Below, piece by piece: positions 1 through 6,852 of a stretch of DNA of 61,469 bases (the stretch's first letter is position 1; each line of letters opens with the position of its first letter). A program made the position numbers and the translations under genes. This DNA comes from a virus. Lineage: Duplodnaviria; Caudoviricetes. The notes below the pieces were generated by a model. It was not told where the DNA came from, did not search any database, and saw only the letters and a list, made by a program, of their open reading frames with translations. The stretch covers positions 1-61,469 of IMG/VR virus record IMGVR_UViG_3300048838_000933; one strand, given 5' to 3'.

Positions 1-185
1 GGCGACACTGCAGCGCGGCCCCGCGGTGCCGCGGTCACCTATCGCGACTCGTTCGTGGTCGATCCGTCGGCAGACCTCGCGGAGTCTCTCGCGTCGATCG
101 CTTCAATCGTTCGCGACGACGGACCAGGCAAATACCGTTGGCGCGTCGACGGTACAGACGCCGCGGGCACGATGACAGTTGACAA
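1..185. repeat. Terminal direct overlap, left copy (circular assembly)
   Basis: 1-185 aligns to 61285-61469; 59-185 identical (127 nt); 7 mismatches in 1-58. Confidence 0.95.
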
Positions 186-276
186 GCGCGGCCGCGTCAG
201 CATCATCGGTGCAGGGTATGAAATCCGGCAGGCAACGTCGTTGGACGCGGTGCGCAGGCACCTCGCGAACGTCTGA
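1..276 (+). CDS. 3' part of the junction-spanning 362-aa hypothetical protein
   Basis: Frame continuous with ORF starting at 60472; stop TGA 274-276. Confidence 0.8.
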   Translation, partial: GDTAARPRGAAVTYRDSFVVDPSADLAESLASIASIVRDDGPGKYRWRVDGTDAAGTMTVDKRGRVSIIGAGYEIRQATSLDAVRRHLANV

Positions 277-347
277 CACTCCCAACGGTCGCCGCGTCGA
301 ACATGGCGCGGCGACCGTTGGGCGTCCCGACTCGACTGGCCGGCGAC

Positions 348-361
348 CGAACACGCGTTCG
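348..361. promoter_or_regulatory. LexA/SOS box
   Basis: CGAAC-acgc-GTTCG matches the actinobacterial/Gram-positive SOS box. Confidence 0.8.
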
Positions 362-377
362 AACCCCGACCGGTTCC

Positions 378-391
378 CGAACACACGTTCG
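378..391. promoter_or_regulatory. LexA/SOS box
   Basis: CGAAC-acac-GTTCG, 30 bp from the previous box. Confidence 0.8.
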
Positions 392-433
392 ACCACGGGG
401 CGCATGAAATCCGACCGTCGTCCACCGCCTAAG

Positions 434-446
434 GTCATGTTATGAC
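434..446. promoter_or_regulatory. Putative phage operator GTCAT-N3-ATGAC
   Basis: GTCATGTTATGAC, intergenic, motif recurs genome-wide. Confidence 0.7.
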
Positions 447-479
447 TCGATGACATCAGACCGTCACCTCGAGCCTGGG

Positions 480-492
480 GTCATATTATGAC
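480..492. promoter_or_regulatory. Putative phage operator GTCAT-N3-ATGAC
   Basis: GTCATATTATGAC. Confidence 0.7.
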
Positions 493-511
493 GTTGCCGT
501 GAAACTTGAGA

Positions 512-527
512 TGTTTCACGTGAAACA
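512..527. promoter_or_regulatory. parS: parS centromere (chromosomal type)
   Basis: Perfect 16-bp palindrome TGTTTCACGTGAAACA; extra half-site CGTGAAAC at 498-505. Confidence 0.85.
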
Positions 528-704
528 ATCTGGCATTGCCGATGACGCTTCCCCGTCGTCCGACCCGTTGTATCGCCCCGTTTCTCGTTTCGTCAGGAGA
601 CGCCACACGCCGTTTTCCGCAGTTGAGGGCATGAGGACAGCACACCACCGGGGCTCTCGGTGTATACATGGCGTTTGCACGGTGTGGTGGGAACGTGGTT
701 GGTG

Positions 705-736
705 TTGACGGGGGCTACACCACGTCATATCATGAC
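705..736 (+). promoter_or_regulatory. Housekeeping-sigma promoter, leaderless, overlapped by operator 724-736
   Basis: TTGACG-17bp-TATCAT-6bp-ATG(740); GTCATATCATGAC covers the -10. Confidence 0.8.
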
Positions 737-739
737 TTC

Positions 740-841
740 ATGGCCGATCCCACCGCTCACGAAGCCCTGCGCTATGCGCTCATGGCCGTCGTGTTGACCT
801 GCATCAACTCCATCGCCCTGCTGGTGGTGATCATGTCGTGA
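740..841 (+). CDS. Small single-TM membrane protein (33 aa)
   Basis: MADPTAHEALRYALMAVVLTCINSIALLVVIMS; leaderless start; GTGA overlap with next gene. Confidence 0.6.
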   Translation: MADPTAHEALRYALMAVVLTCINSIALLVVIMS

Positions 842-1353
842 GCGAAGAACTGGAACGCGACATCATCCACGAATGGACCCTCGAGCGCGGCAACCATCAC
901 ACCACCCACCGGTTCCGGCTGCGTTGCACGGTCACCTCGCCGTTCCTGGAGCCGACCCGCCACGAGGTGCGTGACGCCCTCGCCCAAGTCCTCGACGAAG
1001 CCCTCGGGCTGGACCCGGTCGAATCCGACATCGGCGACTGGGTGGCCGAAACCTCCGAACTGCTCTACTCCGAGGAGGTGGAGGTCGACTTCACGTCACT
1101 GGATTGCGACCCTGCCGCCGACATCCTGCTCGTCTCCAACCTCCCCGAGCCCCAGCGCCAATCCTTCACGCAAGCGCTCCTCGAGCACTACGCGCCGTCC
1201 CGGCCGCCCATGGTCATCTTCGATGACGAGATCGAAGACCTCAGCTCCGTCGCTGTCTCCACGGCGATCGACGACATCCTCACCGTCCACCCCGACGTCG
1301 CCGGGCTCGAGGAAGTCATGGCTGCTCACGGGTGGGTGCGAAGGACCGAGTGA
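838..1353 (+). CDS. Hypothetical acidic protein
   Basis: 171-aa ORF, GC3-rich codons, coupled start. Confidence 0.75.
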   Translation: MSEELERDIIHEWTLERGNHHTTHRFRLRCTVTSPFLEPTRHEVRDALAQVLDEALGLDPVESDIGDWVAETSELLYSEEVEVDFTSLDCDPAADILLVSNLPEPQRQSFTQALLEHYAPSRPPMVIFDDEIEDLSSVAVSTAIDDILTVHPDVAGLEEVMAAHGWVRRTE

Positions 1354-1426
1354 CCTGGGAGCGAACCGGGTACACCCGGTCATGCGCTCGCCTCAACCGC
1401 CGCTCACCTGCCAGACTCGGCACTCA

Positions 1427-1855
1427 ATGGACGACGTCATCAATGCCTTCGCGCTGCTGCGCCGACCCCCGATCGTGATCTTCGCCATCTCCGCCTTCGC
1501 CATCCTGGCCGGGTTCACGTTCGCCCTGCGGCCCGATGTCGGAACGTCCGGGGCCTTCCAAGACGCCACCGGCTACATCCTGATCGCCGCTGGCGTCATC
1601 GGGGTGGCCTTGATCGGTATCCCCAACCATCGGCGCAACATCGCCCGGGTGGCACTGTCGATCTCGGGCTCGGTCATCGTCGTCGGGTTCGGGATGCGCG
1701 GCGCTTCGCTGTGGCAAGCCCTCGCCTTCAACGAACTCGGTTCGGCATGGTCGTACTACCTGGTCGGGGGGGCGCAATGGTTGGCGTTGGCGTACATGAC
1801 GATGGTGGCGTGGTTCGACGTCGCCTTGCCGTGGGTGTTGGCCCGCTCCCGGTGA
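1427..1855 (+). CDS. Multi-pass membrane protein (about 4 TM)
   Basis: Hydrophobic segments from MDDVINAF; likely start 1427. Confidence 0.7.
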   Translation: MDDVINAFALLRRPPIVIFAISAFAILAGFTFALRPDVGTSGAFQDATGYILIAAGVIGVALIGIPNHRRNIARVALSISGSVIVVGFGMRGASLWQALAFNELGSAWSYYLVGGAQWLALAYMTMVAWFDVALPWVLARSR

Positions 1856-2208
1856 TCGCCCAAGACGCCGAAGCGCTGATCTCCTCGATCGGGGAATCGG
1901 GTGTGTCGATCGGTCTCGGCGCGGTTGCGCTCGTCATGTTGGGCTACCTGTTCCGCTCCTACTGGAAGCAGGGCGGCTACTGGGAGCAGTTGACGACGTC
2001 GGCTCGCACCGCCGAAACGCTGGCCCGTGCCGATGCTTCTGCTGCCCGTGCCGAAGCTGCCGCCGCTCACGTCGAAGCCGCCGCTGCTCGTCACGCCGCC
2101 GAGAAAGCCCAGGACGCCTTCGAGCATTGCGAATCGGAGCACGCACTCACCAAAGCGCGCCTCCAGCACCTCGAGGAACGCCTCCGGGAACTCGGATTCG
2201 ATGTGTAG
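1852..2208 (+). CDS. Membrane-anchored coiled-coil protein
   Basis: One TM then Ala-rich heptads; GTGA coupling. Confidence 0.7.
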   Translation: MIAQDAEALISSIGESGVSIGLGAVALVMLGYLFRSYWKQGGYWEQLTTSARTAETLARADASAARAEAAAAHVEAAAARHAAEKAQDAFEHCESEHALTKARLQHLEERLRELGFDV

Positions 2209-2246
2209 GGCGCATCACTAATGTGCATGAATCTGCAAGGCACCTA

Positions 2247-2276
2247 TTGACGCACATCTACGGCGCGCTGTATCAT
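2247..2276 (+). promoter_or_regulatory. Housekeeping-sigma promoter, leaderless
   Basis: TTGACG-18bp-TATCAT-7bp-ATG(2284). Confidence 0.75.
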
Positions 2277-2283
2277 CACTGGT

Positions 2284-2655
2284 ATGCAAAATGATGAAGT
2301 GCGCGTATCGTTCGTCTTGGACCAAGCCACCGCAGACGCCCTCGACCGAGCCGCAGCGCTCAACGACCGCTCCCGCTCCGCCCACCTGAGACGCCTCCTC
2401 CGCCAAGGTCTCGGCCTCGAGGCGCCCGAAGGGTGGACTCCGACCGTGACAACCTCCTCGATGAGCGGCGTGGCCGGGAACCTGGATGTCGAAGCCTCTG
2501 TGCTCGTCCCGCCTGCCGACCCGACCATCTGTCCGGTCACGGGAACGGTCCACCGGCGCGGCGGCCCTTCATCAACCGCCAGCGGCCTGTTCCGGTGTAA
2601 GGACTGCGACCGACGACAGATCAATGGCGTCTGGCAGGCCGAGGAGGCATCATGA
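2284..2655 (+). CDS. Ribbon-helix-helix (CopG-like) DNA-binding protein with C-terminal Zn ribbon
   Basis: VRVSFVLDQATADALDRAAALNDRSRSAHLRRLL; CPVTG...CKDC. Confidence 0.75.
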   Translation: MQNDEVRVSFVLDQATADALDRAAALNDRSRSAHLRRLLRQGLGLEAPEGWTPTVTTSSMSGVAGNLDVEASVLVPPADPTICPVTGTVHRRGGPSSTASGLFRCKDCDRRQINGVWQAEEAS

Positions 2656-2828
2656 CCGAACCAATCTCCCTCGACGAGCTGGCCGCCGAAGTTGAGCGCT
2701 GCCGCAACGAACTCCGCCAGCTCCGGTCATCCGAGACCGACATCAAGAACCAGATCATCAAAGCAGACCTGCGGCTCCGGGCCGCCTCCGATGCGTTCGT
2801 GGCTGCCGCAGCCAAGGTGACGAAATGA
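2652..2828 (+). CDS. Small coiled-coil protein
   Basis: GGAGG RBS, ATGA overlaps both sides, 58 aa. Confidence 0.6.
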   Translation: MTEPISLDELAAEVERCRNELRQLRSSETDIKNQIIKADLRLRAASDAFVAAAAKVTK

Positions 2829-3304
2829 TCCCTGCATCCTCCATCCACTTCAACGACGACGACACCGCGTGGTGGGTCGTGAAGCCCGTTCATCGGATGG
2901 GCGTCACGAACACGGCCGGTGACGACAACGACGACCCGTCATGGTTCATGTCGCTGGACCGCCCGTGCGACTGCACTCTTGGGAGGTCGGGAGCGATGAC
3001 CGACTGCGGTGGTACTGGTCGGCACACGTTCGACCTCGAAGTCTCGTTCGGCGCCATGACTCGCGGATTTCGCATCGTCCGCGCCTCAGTCGAGCCTGGC
3101 GTGGTGTTGCCGGTCGCCGACCAATGCCCGGACATGGACCCCCCGGATCACATCTGTCGGCCATATCGGGACGAGCAATGGGTTTGGCACCGGGATCTCG
3201 GCTCCGTTACCGGCTCCCTGGATGACCCCACCGAGATCCTGGTCGATCTCCCACCCGACGCCCGCCCTGGATTGTGGGCTGTGCTGCTGGAGGTCCACCA
3301 GTGA
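2825..3304 (+). CDS. Hypothetical protein
   Basis: Translationally coupled ORF in operon. Confidence 0.65.
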   Translation: MIPASSIHFNDDDTAWWVVKPVHRMGVTNTAGDDNDDPSWFMSLDRPCDCTLGRSGAMTDCGGTGRHTFDLEVSFGAMTRGFRIVRASVEPGVVLPVADQCPDMDPPDHICRPYRDEQWVWHRDLGSVTGSLDDPTEILVDLPPDARPGLWAVLLEVHQ

Positions 3305-3474
3305 GCCGCTACTTGCGAATCTTCGTGCCGTGCATCGAGTGTGGCGGCGAGGGTGGTCAGGTCAGCGAACTGCTGGACGAGCGCCCCACCGACACCCCCG
3401 TCATCCAGCCCGGTGACGAGATGCCTGTGCTCCACTACGACAAGTCCGAGTTCGCCATCGAGGTGCCGTCGTGA
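3301..3474 (+). CDS. Small hypothetical protein (CxxC)
   Basis: GTGA-coupled at both ends. Confidence 0.5.
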   Translation: MSRYLRIFVPCIECGGEGGQVSELLDERPTDTPVIQPGDEMPVLHYDKSEFAIEVPS

Positions 3475-3734
3475 GCGAGTGGGTCGTGATCCGCTACGAC
3501 GAGGACGGCTGGCCGTCGCACCCCGACGAGGACCTGCCGCCCGACGGGGCGCGTGTTGAGATGTGGCGCGGCAACGGGCTGGAGTACCTGCGTAGCCGCG
3601 GGAGGGTTCGTCGCCACGAAGCCCAGGGTCGCCCGACCGCGACGATCGACAACTCCGACACGTTGGTCATGGCGGCACCGAAGGATCTGCCGGAAGCGCA
3701 CGGGCGCGCCGGCGTGGTCTGGAGGCTGGCGTGA
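3471..3734 (+). CDS. Hypothetical protein
   Basis: GAGG RBS, coupled. Confidence 0.6.
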   Translation: MSEWVVIRYDEDGWPSHPDEDLPPDGARVEMWRGNGLEYLRSRGRVRRHEAQGRPTATIDNSDTLVMAAPKDLPEAHGRAGVVWRLA

Positions 3735-4108
3735 AGCTGGTCGCCAAGTTCTCAGTCCGAGGCAACCCGGTGTCGAAGGCTCGGGCCCGTGTCGGCGAGC
3801 GGGGCGCATGGACGCCCGAAGCGGTCACGGCCCACGAAGACAAGACGCGCTGGGCGTTCCTCGAGCAGTGCAAGGGCGTCGAGGTGGATCACCGGGCCCG
3901 CTACCGGGTGATGATCGCCTACGTCGCCACCGACCGCATCCATCGCGACGTCGACAACCTGGCGAAGCTGACGCTGGATGCGCTGAACGGTCACATCTAC
4001 AAGGACGATTCCCAGATCGACGAATTGTCGGTGCGGCGGGTGTTCGTCAACGACAAGACGCTTGGACGCACCGACGTCGAGGTGTACCAACTGGAGGGAA
4101 CCGAATGA
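3731..4108 (+). CDS. rusA: RusA-family Holliday junction resolvase
   Basis: GNPVSKARAR and DVDNLAKLTLDALNGHIYKDDSQI catalytic motif. Confidence 0.92.
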   Translation: MKLVAKFSVRGNPVSKARARVGERGAWTPEAVTAHEDKTRWAFLEQCKGVEVDHRARYRVMIAYVATDRIHRDVDNLAKLTLDALNGHIYKDDSQIDELSVRRVFVNDKTLGRTDVEVYQLEGTE

Positions 4109-4299
4109 CATCCAAGACCGAAACCAACATCGAAGCGTGGCTCGGGCTCCAAGAGCTGCTCGGGCCGATGGTTGACGCCGTCGCCGGCCATCGGGCGAAA
4201 CTGGAGGCCGCCGGGTTCTCGCCGACGGCCGCCGAGATGATGGCGATCGACTTTCATCGCGGCCTCATCAACCAGACGTTCACGGGGCTGAAGAAGTGA
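4105..4299 (+). CDS. Hypothetical protein
   Basis: MTSKTETN start with GGAGG RBS. Confidence 0.6.
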   Translation: MTSKTETNIEAWLGLQELLGPMVDAVAGHRAKLEAAGFSPTAAEMMAIDFHRGLINQTFTGLKK

Positions 4300-4514
4300 T
4301 CCACCGCCTGTGTGCAAGCTGTCGACGCGCCGGCGCCAAAGGTGCGCTGCCGTATGCCGTGGCCGTCATCGGTGAGGACGGCACCCGTCCCCTCGTGCTG
4401 TTGTGCGCGGACTGCGCCGATCCGGCCCGTTACTCCAGCGATGGACTCGCTGATGCGATCATCGCCGAGTTCGCCCGACAACTCCAACCCTCAACCAAAG
4501 GTTCAGACTCATGA
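4296..4514 (+). CDS. Small Zn-finger protein
   Basis: CASC...CADC. Confidence 0.55.
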   Translation: MIHRLCASCRRAGAKGALPYAVAVIGEDGTRPLVLLCADCADPARYSSDGLADAIIAEFARQLQPSTKGSDS

Positions 4515-5044
4515 CTCTCGTCGCCAAACTCGGGTGGGCTGCGCTCGCCGGACTCATCTTCGCCGTACTGGCGGGCGGGACGCTCGTTGACGCGTCCGCC
4601 GAAACCGACATCGGCCCCATCAACGGGCCCGCCACCGTTGAAGAAGACTGCTCGACCGGCGTCACCGACGAACGCGGCATCTGTCAGCCGGTCGGCTGCT
4701 GCGAAGAAGCGCCGACGGGAGAAGACGAATGGGTCGATGTGACCGTGACGACCGCGGTCGAGCCGGTCGACATCCCGGGCGATGTCTGCCTGCAACGCAA
4801 CGGAGTGATACTGCCTGAAGGGGGCTTCGTGACCGAGATGAGCTACGCCCCATTCGAGGGGAGCACTGGGACCATGAGGTACAGCTTCTTCACCTGTGGG
4901 CCGATCCTCGAGGCCACCGTGGCCGTCGCCGACCCGCCAACCGTGACGCTGCCCGCCACCGGCTCCGCCACCGCCATCCAGACGGCTCTGGCCGCCCTGC
5001 TGCTGATCCTCGGGCCCGCTGCACTGTGGGTGGCGCGCCGATGA
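4511..5044 (+). CDS. Secreted, sortase (LPxTG)-anchored cell-wall protein
   Basis: Signal peptide ending ASA; C-terminal LPATG (4949-4963) + hydrophobic helix + RR. Confidence 0.8.
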   Translation: MTLVAKLGWAALAGLIFAVLAGGTLVDASAETDIGPINGPATVEEDCSTGVTDERGICQPVGCCEEAPTGEDEWVDVTVTTAVEPVDIPGDVCLQRNGVILPEGGFVTEMSYAPFEGSTGTMRYSFFTCGPILEATVAVADPPTVTLPATGSATAIQTALAALLLILGPAALWVARR

Positions 5045-5250
5045 GGCCGCTACCCGATCTCCCGCACCGCGACGACGAACCGGATGGGAACGCCGACATG
5101 GTGATCTGGTGCCTCGCGTTCTTGACGCTCGGCTCGCTGATCATCGCCAACCTTCCTGATCGAAGTGTCGGCATCTGGTTGGGGATCGCCGTGCTGTCAT
5201 TCAGTGTCGGCATCTGGTTCTTATTCCGCCTGATCGTCAGGAGAGGCTGA
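5041..5250 (+). CDS. Small 2-TM membrane protein
   Basis: Two hydrophobic helices, basic C-tail. Confidence 0.6.
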   Translation: MRPLPDLPHRDDEPDGNADMVIWCLAFLTLGSLIIANLPDRSVGIWLGIAVLSFSVGIWFLFRLIVRRG

Positions 5251-5456
5251 TGTGCAACCGATACCGAGCAGGAAGGACCGAACTGTGAGAGACACAAGAT
5301 TCGGCCGCATCGGGGACGCATTCAGCGGAACCCTGATCTGCAAGTGGCCTGGATGCGGTGCCGAAATCTACACCGAGGCTGTCCGAGAAGACCAGGTTGC
5401 CGACGACCACTGGAACTGCCACGAGGCCAGCCCTGACCCGAAGGTAAGCGACTGAG

Positions 5457-5870
5457 GTGGCAGGGTCGCGCCACTTCGTTCTGTTCACCGGCGGGCGCGA
5501 GCCGGACCCGTCCGTTCGCGACGACGTCGAAGCCACCTTGCGGCTACTGCGCGGACTCCACGGGGGCACCCTCAGAGTCATGCACGGCGCCGCCCAGGGT
5601 GTCGACACCTGGGTGGGTGAGTTGTGCGACGAGCTGGGGATCATCTCGAAGGGGTATCCCGCCGACTGGGGGCAGGGTCGGCGGGCCGGGTTGGACCGCA
5701 ACGTGAAGATGATCACGCTGCTGGTGTCATGGATGGGCGACGGACACACCGGGCAGGTCATCGCGTTCCCCGGTGGGGCAGGTACCGGCCATTGCGCTAC
5801 GACCGCCGAGAAGTGCGGGCTGGACGTGTCGTGGGTTGTCGCCACCGAACCCGGCCCACTCGCGTCGTAG
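5457..5870 (+). CDS. SLOG-superfamily protein (DUF2493/YspA-like)
   Basis: FTGGRE...HGAAQGVD...YPADW...AGLDRN...IAFPGGAGT. Confidence 0.85.
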   Translation: MAGSRHFVLFTGGREPDPSVRDDVEATLRLLRGLHGGTLRVMHGAAQGVDTWVGELCDELGIISKGYPADWGQGRRAGLDRNVKMITLLVSWMGDGHTGQVIAFPGGAGTGHCATTAEKCGLDVSWVVATEPGPLAS

Positions 5871-5907
5871 CTTGCCGAAAGGGCAGGTCGGGTGCAAGGC
5901 TCATGTC

Positions 5908-6237
5908 ATGACCGACTTTGATGACACCGTCCACTTCGCTGAGCCCACCGACGATCCGCCTGTTGAGGCCGAGGAGGTCGTCTCGGATGAGGTCGAGCTG
6001 ACCGAGCCCGAGCCCGAGGTGGCGCCCGAGCCCGAGGAGAAGCCGAAGCGTCGTCGGGCCTCCAAGCAGGAGAAGTCACCGACCGGCACCTACGTGCTGC
6101 AGAGGGGCGACAACCCGTCCACGGTGGCGCGCCAACTGTTCGGGCGGGCGTCGCGCGGTCGCGAGATCGTCGCAGCGAACCCGGGCGTGAAGTGGCGTGA
6201 AGGCGTCGAGGTCGTGTTGCCGCAGGACGACTCGTGA
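5908..6237 (+). CDS. LysM-domain protein with acidic disordered N-terminus
   Basis: TYVLQRGDNPSTVARQLFG...IVAANP...GVEVVLP. Confidence 0.8.
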   Translation: MTDFDDTVHFAEPTDDPPVEAEEVVSDEVELTEPEPEVAPEPEEKPKRRRASKQEKSPTGTYVLQRGDNPSTVARQLFGRASRGREIVAANPGVKWREGVEVVLPQDDS

Positions 6238-6536
6238 TCGCCGGCTTGAAGGCCTGGTACAACTCGCTGTCGCATCAGTGGAAGGCCACGATCCGCACGG
6301 CGTTGCAGACGATGCTCGGCGCGCTGTCGCTCGTCGTTGTCGCTCTGATCGCGTCGTTGACGAACATCGTGTCCGGCCAGGACGTCGACCTCGTCCAGGA
6401 CTTGTCGAACGCCGGTCGGGCTGCCGCTCTCGTGCTGCTCGGGTTGGCGTCGTCGGTGTGGGCGTTCATCATGAACCGGGCCAAGGGCGACTCAGACGAG
6501 TTGCCGCCGCCCGACCCGCCTGACGACGTGCCCTAG
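6234..6536 (+). CDS. Holin (r1t-like)
   Basis: Two TM helices, ATIRTALQT motif, upstream of endolysin. Confidence 0.75.
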   Translation: MIAGLKAWYNSLSHQWKATIRTALQTMLGALSLVVVALIASLTNIVSGQDVDLVQDLSNAGRAAALVLLGLASSVWAFIMNRAKGDSDELPPPDPPDDVP

Positions 6537-6703
6537 CCTCGGATGAGGGTCCAGGCCGCGTAGCCGAGCGCCGCAGTGAGCACCCATGAGCCGACGAACA
6601 GTGTCGCGACGATGGCTACGTTCGCCCAGTCGATGCCGGGAGGCTGAGGCCGGCGGCGCGCTCTGGCCTCGGCCATTGATGTCACGGTCAATGGGTCGTC
6701 CAT
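6533..6703 (-). CDS. Small single-TM protein antisense within the lysis cassette (56 aa)
   Basis: MDDPLTVTSMAEARARRRPQPPGIDWANVAIVATLFVGSWVLTAALGYAAWTLIRG; TACTAT-6bp-ATG. Confidence 0.65.
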   Translation of the reverse strand: MDDPLTVTSMAEARARRRPQPPGIDWANVAIVATLFVGSWVLTAALGYAAWTLIRG

Positions 6704-6726
6704 GTGCTGATAGTAGTCTCAAGGCC
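6704..6726. promoter_or_regulatory. Bidirectional leaderless promoter
   Basis: Overlapping -10s TACTAT (minus, 6710-6715) and TAGTCT (plus, 6714-6719) between ATGs at 6703 and 6727. Confidence 0.65.
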
Positions 6727-6852
6727 ATGGCTGACGACATCTACGACTTCGACGATTTCGACGACGACCCGGACGACTCCGAAGCGTTAGAGGCGTACGT
6801 CTCGGACGTGGTGGCAGTTGTAGAGGCGTTCGGTGTGGAGATTCCCGAATGA
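6727..6852 (+). CDS. Small highly acidic protein (41 aa)
   Basis: MADDIYDFDDFDDDPDDSE...; coupled to endolysin start. Confidence 0.6.
   Translation: MADDIYDFDDFDDDPDDSEALEAYVSDVVAVVEAFGVEIPE

Noticed and set aside
1-58. DGR template/variable repeat (5 of 7 mismatches are at A in the right copy)
   Set aside because: No reverse transcriptase; two mismatches are non-A; changes are mostly synonymous third positions; both copies are the same locus
59-185. Biological direct terminal repeat
   Set aside because: Exact length 127 equals a common assembly k-mer and it falls mid-gene
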